Below, one piece after another: positions 39,282-49,126 of a DNA stretch of 64,000 nt. Location of the stretch: IMG/VR virus record IMGVR_UViG_3300010403_000705, positions 248,001 to 312,000 of that record, one strand, 5' to 3'. Positions within the stretch are counted from its first letter, which is position 1. Every line of letters begins with the position of its first letter. A program made the position numbers and the translations under genes. Under the pieces are notes generated by a model. The model saw only the letters and a list, made by a program, of their open reading frames with translations, did not search any database and was not told where the DNA came from.

Positions 39282-39623
39282 ATGGAAAGATCACTCACTA
39301 AAATTGTATATAATAGTTGTTTTGGTATATTCGGACTATCTCAAACTGCGATTGAAAAACTAGAACAACTGGGGGCGGGTAAAATTGGTATTGATTTTGA
39401 TGAGCATTTTTGCAATCTGCCACGACATCATGCGCTTCTAGTACAAGTTGTAGAGGAGCTTGGTACTCAAGCTAGTAGTTATTATTCTGATTTAGTAATT
39501 GCTAAGATCGAAGGCAATAGATACATTATTGATTCGTATGATGGATGCGAATGTGTACAAGTCCCATCAAGTATCGAATGGGTACAGGACCCATCGAGTA
39601 TCGAATGGGTGATTATAGACTAG
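39282..39623 (+). CDS. conserved phage hypothetical protein
   Basis: KIV.N.CFG.FGLS, RH..LLVQVVEELG..AS, YDG.E; C-terminal 27-bp duplication. Confidence 0.75.
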   Translation: MERSLTKIVYNSCFGIFGLSQTAIEKLEQLGAGKIGIDFDEHFCNLPRHHALLVQVVEELGTQASSYYSDLVIAKIEGNRYIIDSYDGCECVQVPSSIEWVQDPSSIEWVIID

Positions 39624-39887
39624 AGTTTGGAGAAGTGATCGCAGTTACGAGATCCTAAGACGTAGCCTCAGAAATATCTCACTGTCGGATAGCTGGCAAC
39701 GCAAGTTGTTGTAGGTCGCAGATTCATGATAGGCTTTGATGTTTTAGCTCCAATTCATAGATATTAAACGTAATTTTGCTTGCACATTAATCAACTAAGT
39801 TACTTAGCTCTGAAGCGCAATCTTCTAACATTCATGTGGAATGTGAAAAGGCTTAGATACCGATGTTGAATTACGTTTGATATTTAT

Positions 39888-39970
39888 GCCGAAGTGGTGG
39901 AATGGCAGACACAGCGGACTCAAAATCCGCCGCCCATAAGGGCATGAGGGTTCAAGTCCCTCCTTCGGTA
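39888..39970 (+). tRNA. tRNA-Leu(CAA), second copy
   Basis: GCCGAAG/CTTCGGT, GCGGA-CTCAAAA-TCCGC, long V-arm, TTCAAGT T-loop. Confidence 0.92.
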
Positions 39971-39994
39971 CTAATCAATTTTAGGAGATGGTAT

Positions 39995-40810
39995 ATGTCT
40001 AAAGGTAAAAAATCAAAATCCATTACTATTCTATACGGTTTGCCAGGAAGTGGTAAATCTACATACGCCAAGGATACTGGTATTTCTGTAGTAGATGCTG
40101 ATGAAATTGGACATAAATTCTTTGCATCTACAAATGAGAGATTTGCGTACTTAGCTAGCAAAGTAGAGTATGTATTGACCTCTAAATATACAGACTCTGT
40201 TATTATTGATGGATTATTTACCACCAATGAACAGTTGAGAAGGATTATAGATTCTCTTTCTTTTCTTTCGGAAAAATGGCAAATCACATTTAAATTGGTT
40301 TACTGGGTCGAGGATCGAGCAGCGTGTCTTGTTAATGATCAAGGAAGGAGAGCAAAAAGTTCCGCTATTTCAATTAATAATCTTCCTTTTGAAAAGCCTG
40401 ATCCTTCAGTAGTTCCTGAGTTTTTCGTTAGCAAAAATAGAATTAAAGAAATGCAAGTAGTGCAAAGATCTCCTGCTCAAATTTGGGCGAAATCACTTGA
40501 TCTTGATTCAAATAAAATGGAATTAAGATCTGAAAGTTGGTCTTTAGGAGGAACATCCGGCAATTGTTGGGACAATGAGTTGAGAAGAATCAGTCCAAGT
40601 TCGCCACTAGAATTTGTGGAGTTCGACGAGCTATTGCAAAAGGTTTGTCCTAACCTTTCTTATTTGCAATATAAAGAGATCAATAGATCTTGTTGCAGAC
40701 TTGATGAACACGAATCAACTGATTATTATAGTGGTTCGGAAACAATTGTCCAACATGTGTGCGATATAAATGCATTATATAATAAACTTTCTAACTTAGG
40801 GATTATTTAA
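39995..40810 (+). CDS. P-loop kinase (PNK-like), paralog of 34832
   Basis: AGGAG RBS; ILYGLPGSGKST; same C-terminal domain (W.LGG..G.CWD, DYY.G). Confidence 0.82.
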   Translation: MSKGKKSKSITILYGLPGSGKSTYAKDTGISVVDADEIGHKFFASTNERFAYLASKVEYVLTSKYTDSVIIDGLFTTNEQLRRIIDSLSFLSEKWQITFKLVYWVEDRAACLVNDQGRRAKSSAISINNLPFEKPDPSVVPEFFVSKNRIKEMQVVQRSPAQIWAKSLDLDSNKMELRSESWSLGGTSGNCWDNELRRISPSSPLEFVEFDELLQKVCPNLSYLQYKEINRSCCRLDEHESTDYYSGSETIVQHVCDINALYNKLSNLGII

Positions 40811-41229
40811 TAAGATCTCCGAAATAGAAAATCAAATGTTTGATAGCAGGGGCGCCGCTCCCATCGTAGATGTTTGGATGACGTAGATGAAGTCATTGTA
40901 GTAAAATATATTGTCAAAATGACTAATTCTTTGAATGGCATATTACAACTTATCAACTACATGCGATAAGAATTATGTAATGTGGACCGGAGCAGAGAAA
41001 AGAGAACAGGACAATCTTCTAATTCTTTGGGTCGACACCACGTGCCCTTAGAAAATTTAGTGCGAGCTTTAAGCGATCGGCAAACGTGGTTATTTTTAGT
41101 TGAAGATGCTCAGGGAAGCTTATATGTCCTAATGCTATGATACCTAGCGCTGGAAGAGTGATGTGACTTGCATAGGAGAGACTATGCTTAATAACTACAA
41201 TTAAATATTTTTGTTTCAGAGAAAATAAT

Positions 41230-41938
41230 ATGTCACCAGAGTTGGTTCGACCAAATCTTGAAGTATGGGTACATAGTCATTATCGGATGCCACAACGTGG
41301 CACATTAACAACTGGTCATATCATGACTAGTAAAGAGAAACCATATTCTTGGCTGACTGTCAATATCAATGGTCATTGTAGTGATTATGAGATCGGAAGA
41401 ATTACTATTTATGGTAATAACCACGATCTAGCGTATTATTACCATAATGGTAAAAAGTTGTTTTATGAACATCAAGCAGCACATTTAGTGCCAGGAATCA
41501 TGTATGATTGCGTATGATCCTCATTATGACAGACTATTTAGGGATAATGAACATATTTATCCCAAATTAGAATGTGATAAATATATTTATAGCAGTGATG
41601 GATCCCCTAACGGTGACTCATCAATTTGGTATGTACATGATTGTCAGACTTTCGACTATCTTTGTGATTCTTATTGTGATGACTCTGGTGAGCTAATTCT
41701 TCGTCCAGAATGGCAGAACAAGCGTAAGGCAGAGTTAAAAGAACTATATATTCCTGGATACTGGTCTTATCCTGATATTTATACTCTATCTATAGTTGTA
41801 TTTACTTCGCTTGAAGCAATTACTAGTTGGTTTGAGAAGATAGATTATACTAGGATGCCAAGTGTAATTTCTGATCCTAAAGGTCAAAAATATAAACTTT
41901 ACTGTCGTAAGATTGTAACTGCTGAGAGAATAGTTTAA
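41230..41938 (+). other. two hypothetical CDS (41230-41517, 41504-41938)
   Basis: Overlapping co-directional ORFs. Confidence 0.6.
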
Positions 41939-41941
41939 ATT

Positions 41942-42508
41942 ATGTTAGAAAAAGTTTTCTTTAAAAAAGATTTTAGGATCTTCAGTCATAAAGATGAATT
42001 TATTTTTCATCCTGGTGTTAATCTATTAGTAGGTGATCAAGGCACTGGTAAAAGTACATTGTTTTATTTACTGGCTGGTAATCGTCAATTTTCAAATGTA
42101 ATTCAATATACTACTACAGCCAATAGCAGTGTTCCCATCAGATTCTTTGACTTTGAGAAACATAATCCTCGCTCATCCAGCGCATTATATACTGAAAATG
42201 AGGATAAGCTCAACGCTCAATTAGGTTTGATGTTCTCCTCTCATGGTCAAGGTGTAAATGCTATTATCAAGGCAGCAACCCAATTCAAAGCACCAATGGT
42301 GCTAATGATGGATGAACCTGATATGGCTTTATCCCCACGTTCCGCTAAGAAATTGGTAGAAACTTTCCAATTACTTTCACAGAAAGGAATTCAGATTATT
42401 GCCGCAGTACATAATCCCATCGTCATTGAATCCGTAGATCAGGTGTTATCTCTGGAACATAAGAAATGGATGTCTTCTAGAGAGTTCTTAACTCAACATT
42501 TAAAATGA
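41942..42508 (+). CDS. ABC-type ATPase (stand-alone)
   Basis: GDQGTGKST, SHGQ signature, MMDEPDMALSP, H-loop AVH. Confidence 0.85.
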   Translation: MLEKVFFKKDFRIFSHKDEFIFHPGVNLLVGDQGTGKSTLFYLLAGNRQFSNVIQYTTTANSSVPIRFFDFEKHNPRSSSALYTENEDKLNAQLGLMFSSHGQGVNAIIKAATQFKAPMVLMMDEPDMALSPRSAKKLVETFQLLSQKGIQIIAAVHNPIVIESVDQVLSLEHKKWMSSREFLTQHLK

Positions 42509-42540
42509 CAATGATGTAGAGATTATAAATTAAACAATTT

Positions 42541-42632
42541 GGGAGCATAGCTCAATGGTTAGAGCAACCGCCTTATAAGCGGTTTACCGGCTGATTACCG
42601 GAAGCGTGGGGGTTCAAGTCCCTCTGCTCCTA
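42541..42632 (+). tRNA. tRNA with TAT anticodon (Ile) and a long variable arm
   Basis: GGGAGCA/TGCTCCT, GCTC..GAGC, ACCGC-CTTATAA-GCGGT, CCGG/CCGG V-stem, GGGGG-TTCAAGT-CCCTC. Confidence 0.8.
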
Positions 42633-42944
42633 CTAAGACCCATCGGCTTACATCTTTAGGTGAATAATTATGGATACAGGAACTATATCATATCATCCTG
42701 ATAATATAGGCGGAAAGCTTATTATTAGCGTTATGTCAAATGGTAAACTTGCAATAGATGTAAAATCACATGGATATAATCTTTACATGTTTACTTTTGA
42801 TTTGGAGTCAGCCAAGAATTTGAGAGATGCTCTTTGTTCTGCCATTGAACAAATGGCAATTAACATAAATTTTCCGTCAGATTCATAATCATCTTCCTGC
42901 TATCTTTTTATAAGAGCAAAGTGATTGTTGAGAGTAGACTTTCC

Positions 42945-43292
42945 ATGAAAATAAAAGAGATGATTCGATTGGCTGCGGACTTTGCCAAGTCCGGCGATCC
43001 GAAAAGAAGTTATTTTCTGGGTGCTATTGGAGTACGTAGTGATGGTGTAGTCGTTATGGCACGCAATGATATGATTCAAACACCAGAACCCTCTGCTCAT
43101 GCGGAAGCAAGATTGGTCCGTAAACTTGGCAAGGATGCTTCTATGGTAGTGGTGGTGCGTGTTATGAAGGGTAGCGGACAGCTTGCCATGGCAAAGCCGT
43201 GTAAACACTGCCGCACGGCTCTGAAAAATTATAGAGTGAAGAAAGTATATTTTACTGCCGATAATGGCAAGTTGTCTGTATTTGAAATGTGA
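42945..43292 (+). CDS. cytidine/nucleotide deaminase-like protein
   Basis: HAE ... KPCKHC zinc motifs. Confidence 0.82.
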   Translation: MKIKEMIRLAADFAKSGDPKRSYFLGAIGVRSDGVVVMARNDMIQTPEPSAHAEARLVRKLGKDASMVVVVRVMKGSGQLAMAKPCKHCRTALKNYRVKKVYFTADNGKLSVFEM

Positions 43293-43660
43293 GTAGGGAA
43301 AACACAATGCTGATTGCTAAAATTGGTTCCGATTTTCAAATCACACTTGACGAATCAGAAGCTCCTGCTTTGAAGAGAGCACTGAAGATCTATCACGCAC
43401 AATGTGTTGCCTGTGCTGGTAAACGCACTGCTAGACCTTCTCAAGGTCTTATGCAGATGCAAAATGATCTGAGTGTTATTAATGAATTGCTAGACGGAAT
43501 TGATACTTTTCTCTCATGTGACGGAGTAAACACTACTTATGATCAATAGGTTTACATAGCCTAAAAAGTTGACATAAAAGAGCTTGAAGTTGAATGATGA
43601 ATAGAGTCTCATCAATTAATTCAAGATGATTCCCATCACCCTATAGCCAAAGGTATAATC

Positions 43661-45223
43661 ATGGCATACCAACGACGAAATAATGGTTACCGTGGCAATA
43701 ACAAAGGCTATAAAGCCGTTACAACTTCTTCAAAACCGAAGCCTCGTTTGTCCCGTCCTTCTGAATATCAGATTGCTATTTTTGAGGCAGTAACGAAAGC
43801 TGCCGAACAAGTTATTAATAACTTTCGTTCGGGTATTAAAACTGTCATTGGTATTCATGTGGATGCGCTGGCAGGATGTGGAAAGACCTCCACGACAGTA
43901 GAAAAAGATTACTATCTGCCTGCTGAATTGCGACAAGACGCGGTTAGTGTAGCTTTTAATAGCGATATTGCATCTGTTTTGAAAGAAAGAGTTGCTGATG
44001 GTGTAGAATCAAAGACCATTCACGCTCTGGGGCGAGCTGCTTTGGTTCGTGCTTTTCCAAGGTTGAATTCTTACTCAGCACTAGATACCAGGAAGTATGA
44101 TGGTTATCTTAATGCTGAGCTAGGCAACTGGGAGCCGCGCACTATGGTTGCACGAGAAAATGTCATAAAAATGATTGATCGGGCTCGTGATTACATGGCA
44201 TGGACCGCTGAAGCTATGGATCCGTTGTTCGATCAATATGATATGGACTCAGGTCATTTGACTAGGGATGAGTTTTTGCGTCTGGCTCAAAAAGTTTTGG
44301 TCGCTGGTTTGCAAGATACTAATCGCATGGATTATGGCGATATGATTGCTATGCCACTTTACCATAACCTTGAGCTGCGACGATATTCTCTTCTATCTGT
44401 GGACGAATATCAGGATCTCTGCCCATCACAGCATGAATTGTTGGATAGGAGTATTAGACCTGGTGGACTGTTTGTTTCCGTAGGAGATGAGAATCAAGCC
44501 ATTTATATGTGGCGTGGCGCTGATTGCGACTCTATTGCTCACGGAGTGGCTAGATACAATTCTACTCGTTATCTTCTTCCAAGAACCTACCGATGTGGGA
44601 AAGCTATTGTAGCTTCTGCGCAGGAATTTGTTCCTGCTTTGGAGTGTCCATCTAACGCCCATGAAGGCGAAGTAAGAGAAATGGCTATCGATAAATTGGT
44701 TGATGAAGCGCAACCTGGCGATGCCATTCTTTCGCGTCTTAATGCGCCTCTGGTTAAATTGTGTTTTGCTTTAATTCGCGCCGGCATTCCCGCCAATATC
44801 CAAGGGCGAGATGTCTCGGATAGGCTTAAATTTATGATTAAGCGAAGTGAAGCAAAAACCATTGATGCTTTGCTGGCGTGGATCGAGAAATGGCGAGAAA
44901 CTGAAGTTGCTAGGCTGACACGTCAACACAAGCCAATTGAGACAGCCAATGATTATGCAGAGTGTCTTTCAACTCTTTGTGAAGGTAGATTTGAGATTGT
45001 TGAAGTAATACAGGCAATTGATGATCTATTTCCCAAGAATATGCCAGAGCGTATTGTCATTCTTTCTTCTGTACATCGTGCAAAAGGAAAAGAGTGGAAG
45101 AGAGTTTTTGTACTCGAAGATACATTTTTTCTGAAGAATGGTAATCCACGGGAGGAAGTTAATCTGGCGTATGTAGCTCGCACTCGTGCGATGAATATGT
45201 TAATTAAAGTGAAGAGTCGCTAA
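43661..45223 (+). CDS. UvrD/Rep-family SF1 DNA helicase
   Basis: ALAGCGKTST, AFN, TIHALG, VDEYQD, VGDENQAIY.WRGA, TYRC, SVHRAKGKEW, YVARTRA. Confidence 0.92.
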   Translation: MAYQRRNNGYRGNNKGYKAVTTSSKPKPRLSRPSEYQIAIFEAVTKAAEQVINNFRSGIKTVIGIHVDALAGCGKTSTTVEKDYYLPAELRQDAVSVAFNSDIASVLKERVADGVESKTIHALGRAALVRAFPRLNSYSALDTRKYDGYLNAELGNWEPRTMVARENVIKMIDRARDYMAWTAEAMDPLFDQYDMDSGHLTRDEFLRLAQKVLVAGLQDTNRMDYGDMIAMPLYHNLELRRYSLLSVDEYQDLCPSQHELLDRSIRPGGLFVSVGDENQAIYMWRGADCDSIAHGVARYNSTRYLLPRTYRCGKAIVASAQEFVPALECPSNAHEGEVREMAIDKLVDEAQPGDAILSRLNAPLVKLCFALIRAGIPANIQGRDVSDRLKFMIKRSEAKTIDALLAWIEKWRETEVARLTRQHKPIETANDYAECLSTLCEGRFEIVEVIQAIDDLFPKNMPERIVILSSVHRAKGKEWKRVFVLEDTFFLKNGNPREEVNLAYVARTRAMNMLIKVKSR

Positions 45224-45272
45224 CACTAAATATATGGGGGAGGATTCATGCCTCCCCCATATAGGTATCTAT

Positions 45273-45947
45273 ATGAAGCAAAATAAATCTCCTGGAATTA
45301 TTGAAAATAGCTTTCGTCCTAGTGATGAAGAAATAGCCTCTATACGGACAGAGATATCTGACAGTATTATTAACGCAGAAAGAGTACGTCTTTTTGGTAT
45401 TGTCTGGGATTCAAATTCTAATTGCTGGATGAACTTATGTCATTCTGAAATTAAATCTAATGTAGAATACTTTATAGATGATGCGAAGCGTCGCGCTAAT
45501 ATACTACTTAGCAGAATGGCATTACCATCACAGCCTTTAATCTCGCTACTTAAACAAGCTGATTTGCTAGAAGCTGAAGCCATCTCTCTTGATGATAGGT
45601 CAACTAAGTTACGTAAACTCGCTAATGGTCTACGTAAATGTGCCAACGATGATACAATAAAACAGCACAACGAACCCATCCATAATTTACGTACCCAGGT
45701 TGACGAGATTGCCGTAGCCCACCAAGAGCGACTCTATAAGGTGCAGGAGTTCTGCACCATTCCCCGGACGATCACTGAGATTGCCGACGCGCTCTTCGGC
45801 GCGAATGAGGGGTATGGAAAGATGCCTGCCTACGCGTTGGCAGGTGCCCACATTGAGTACCTTCATGCTCAAGGCAAGATCCGTATCGATAATTTGAATG
45901 ATGTTGAAAAAGGGCGAGCGTTAGCGATTCGCTATAAGAAGAGTTAG
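45273..45947 (+). CDS. chimeric hypothetical protein; C-terminus resembles the tail of MBL-fold hydrolases
   Basis: AT-rich 5' part, GC-richer 3' part from about 45670 (EPI..L...EI...HQERL...EIADALFG...AHIEYL..QG). Confidence 0.6.
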   Translation: MKQNKSPGIIENSFRPSDEEIASIRTEISDSIINAERVRLFGIVWDSNSNCWMNLCHSEIKSNVEYFIDDAKRRANILLSRMALPSQPLISLLKQADLLEAEAISLDDRSTKLRKLANGLRKCANDDTIKQHNEPIHNLRTQVDEIAVAHQERLYKVQEFCTIPRTITEIADALFGANEGYGKMPAYALAGAHIEYLHAQGKIRIDNLNDVEKGRALAIRYKKS

Positions 45948-46043
45948 GTTCTACACAATTGCCGTACGTATGTATGGACATGCGAGTATTTGTTTACCCA
46001 TCTTCATCAGTGATTTAGAGCCAGTTAAAGAAAGAAGGCTAGC

Positions 46044-46757
46044 ATGAGTGATCTCAACAATATTATTGAACGTGTTCATCGCCTTTTGTCATTATCGAAA
46101 AGTTCTAATGCTAATGAGGCAGCAGCGGCAGCGGCAGTTGCCAACCGGCTAATTGATACTTATCGTTTATCAGAAGCTGATCTTGAATGTCGTCGTGAGG
46201 CGACGGAACCGATTGAGGAAGATACTGATTACGTCTATCAATCTGGTAGGATTAATCCATGGAAGGTTGAGTTAGTCTCTGTTCTGGTTGGTCATTATGG
46301 TCTAAGCTTCTGGAACGATGTTGATTTTAGTTCTGGTCGCAAAGTAACTCGCTATAAGATGTTAGGTCGTAAATCTGACATTACTATTGCAAAATATATG
46401 TTCGCTTGGTTATCCACTGAATGTCAACGTTTGTGTGATATGGAAGCTAAAGGCAAAGGACATATTTTTGCCGGATCTTATTGTCTTGGTTTTGTACAAG
46501 GAATTGCAGCACAATTAAAGAACAGTCGAGCTGAAGCGCAAAAAGATGCCACTAGTTCATCCATTGTTAAAATTGATGCTAGAGGTGTAGAGGCAGAACG
46601 GTTGATGTACAGATTGCATCCAAATCTTCGAATGTCTTATAGTCGTTCTAATATGAGATATGATAGTGATGCCTTGATTGCGGGGAAAAACAAAGGTAAA
46701 TCTATGCATTTAGGTGCTTCTTTTGGTACAGGCGGAACTCGCTTGCTATCACGATAG
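46044..46757 (+). CDS. DUF2786-like domain protein
   Basis: I.RV..LL.LS.S.N.NEAAAA...A..L...Y.L N-terminus; SY..GF..G. Confidence 0.75.
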   Translation: MSDLNNIIERVHRLLSLSKSSNANEAAAAAAVANRLIDTYRLSEADLECRREATEPIEEDTDYVYQSGRINPWKVELVSVLVGHYGLSFWNDVDFSSGRKVTRYKMLGRKSDITIAKYMFAWLSTECQRLCDMEAKGKGHIFAGSYCLGFVQGIAAQLKNSRAEAQKDATSSSIVKIDARGVEAERLMYRLHPNLRMSYSRSNMRYDSDALIAGKNKGKSMHLGASFGTGGTRLLSR

Positions 46758-46868
46758 TAATAAGATACTAGCGCCGGAATGAATAATGTCGAGAATCCTT
46801 CGACGATAAAATAACGGGGCTTAATAAGATTCATTCCTGGCGCACGTACTTGAAAGTTACGGTTATAT

Positions 46869-47605
46869 ATGGCTACACAACTACCTCAACAATTTGATTG
46901 GTTGAAAATCCACCTTGGATTTTATGATAGATTAGAACTATCTCATACTGCATCTAAGCAGAAACTGTGGGAAGAATTGTTAGGTGACGCCTTAGATAGA
47001 TATGTAGTACAATCGGTAGGCTTCATGAAGACTCCCATCCCTCAAAAATACTTACCTAAGGATAGGCAGAATGTATAAACATGCTTGGTTTAGCAAATTG
47101 CATGAACCATGGATTGGTTCATGGGAGGTTGATACAATAGATCAACGTGTTGTTCGTGCCACATATATGACTGATGTCTATAGTGCTACATATATTTTTC
47201 ATGACAAAGTATATTTAGGACTAGTGAAGTATGATTCGCGAAGAGACTTTTCAATGAAAAGCTCATTCAATCCAACTTCATCTGTTATTCCTACTCCAGG
47301 AATAAACTTATGTTATAAGTGCGGACACGAAATAAAACTTCGAGAACTTTTTTTTAGTACCTACATCGGTTGTTGGTGCTAAATTTTTGCGATTTAACAA
47401 TTTAAAATCAATTTGGAAAGAAAAAATGCGAGAGGATAAGGTTCCCAGTTCTTACAGAACTCCACTGAAGGGTCATCGAAATTTTGATCACGACGAGGAT
47501 TCTGGTCGTCAAGCGGAAAAGATTCGCCGTCAGCGACCACATAGCTCGGAACAATATGATAAGAAACCACGACGACCAAATCGTCATGGCAAACCTTTGT
47601 GGTGA
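46869..47605 (+). other. small hypothetical CDS (46869-47078, 47071-47382, about 47426-47605)
   Basis: Packed ORFs. Confidence 0.5.
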
Positions 47606-48179
47606 AAGACTCAAAAATGCGCGACTTATTTACTCCGGGCACGGTGTTTGTTTTGGGCGTTCTAATTCTATATTTTGGTGCACATATTGCACTTCAATAT
47701 ATAGCAACCCATCCAGAATATCCAGGGCAGTTACCTTGTAAATGTGAGTCTAAGTGAATCTCCAATAGATTTTGTTCTCCCGCCTTTAATGCTGGATCCA
47801 CAAGTAAAGCATTATTGTTTCGTCTAAGTTGCTCCACGCAACATCCATCATTGTCAATGATGTGCGACGTGACATAAAAATATGACAGAGATTTTCCACC
47901 CAATTGCTTTTGCTTTGGGCAAAGAGGATATTATTTAGTATTTAATCCATGAATTATGCGAGGTTGAAATTGGTTTCTTCCTGAGTATAAACTCTGCTTG
48001 AAGAGATTTATCTTAACGTAAACCTACCAATTCCTCTAGTTCCAGAGAATGGATTTGATAACGCATAACTAGGAATGATAAAAATAATAAATAGTTTCGG
48101 CATTTGTTCAATATAGCAATTAAAAGCAACACTCGGCTCTGGATACTTCAGACATCTAAGTCATATTTTTAAGACTTCT

Positions 48180-48438
48180 TGCACTGAACTCGCGCAGGTC
48201 TAAATAAACCTCTCATGGTGATACAGAATCACTTCTGCAACCGGAAATGGGTTTAGCCTGGGTCAATCTGTTCATGATGACAGATACATAGTAGATAGCC
48301 AAAGTGATAGGCTAACTCTGACAAAGATAGCATGGTAGACCCATTTATCTACGTCGGAGTCTTGTCTTACTACAGTAATGTTCAGAATTTTATTCTGAAT
48401 TAGGGGCGCGAGCTTTTGAAGTAGATGACCTAAGTGCA
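48180..48438 (+). ncRNA. candidate pseudoknotted structured RNA
   Basis: Three long-range pairings plus several internal hairpins in an ORF-free region; T tract follows. Confidence 0.45.
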
Positions 48439-48478
48439 TGTTTTTTTGATGACCAGTACAATTTTTAGAGGATGAATT

Positions 48479-48958
48479 ATGTTACCCGAAGAAATAATGT
48501 CTGCTGTTAGGAGAGACAATAAATTCAAAGTAGTAGACATGGAAATTCGACGACGGTTTGAATCGAAACGAGATGAAGTGATAGCTGCATTTTCAGCTCT
48601 TTCAGATCTCGATAAGCAGATGGCTGTCGCTTATCTAATAAAACTGTTAGGCTCCAAGCTGTAAAGATAAGGAAAATTGTACATGAGTCTTCCTAAGATT
48701 ACACATGTCGCTATCAGGTTTAGGGGTAAGATTTATTCTCTACCTGCTCCCAATAGGCATCATCATGTGATTGCTGATATTGTACGACAAACAGGTGTAA
48801 ATTGTGTAGATTCCTATGGAGAAAACCAAGGTTTCTTAGACGAGCACGGAAATTATTTGAACAGGCATCAAGCATTAATAAATGCCTTAGATAATAAACA
48901 AGTAAAAAATGTAAAAGAGATTCGTATGAATCTTCTTTTCTCAGAAGACGTTTGGTGA
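48479..48958 (+). other. two hypothetical CDS (48479-48664, 48683-48958)
   Basis: Second has RHH...QGFLD..G.YL.R..A...LFSEDVW, a pattern common in phage proteins. Confidence 0.65.
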
Positions 48959-49025
48959 ATGGCTATATTGATGCAGATCATATAGATAAAAAAACCGTGT
49001 GACGAATACCTGCGGTGCCATTCAT

Positions 49026-49100
49026 GGGAGTTGTAATGCTCAATGGTAGAGCTACCAATAGAAGCTTGGTGGTTGAAGGTTCAACTCCTTCTGACTCCCC
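49026..49100 (+). tRNA. aberrant tRNA-Phe(GAA)-like
   Basis: GGGAGTTG/TGACTCCC, GCTC..GAGC, ACCAA-TAGAAGC-TTGGT, GAAGG-TTCAACT-CCTTC. Confidence 0.6.
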
Positions 49101-49126
49101 TAACCTTATCTAGAAAGAATCTATAT

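Noticed and set aside
39902-39994. N-terminal extension of the kinase ORF in the ORF track
   Set aside because: Overlaps tRNA-Leu; the true start is ATG 39995 with an AGGAG RBS, matching the paralog
48960-48975. Single TGGCTATATTGATGCA -24/-12-like half site
   Set aside because: Lacks the inverted partner, the upstream terminator and the downstream CCCATC; may be chance
49043-49126. 5' part of ORF 49043..49336
   Set aside because: Overlaps the tRNA-like element; a downstream ATG is more plausible
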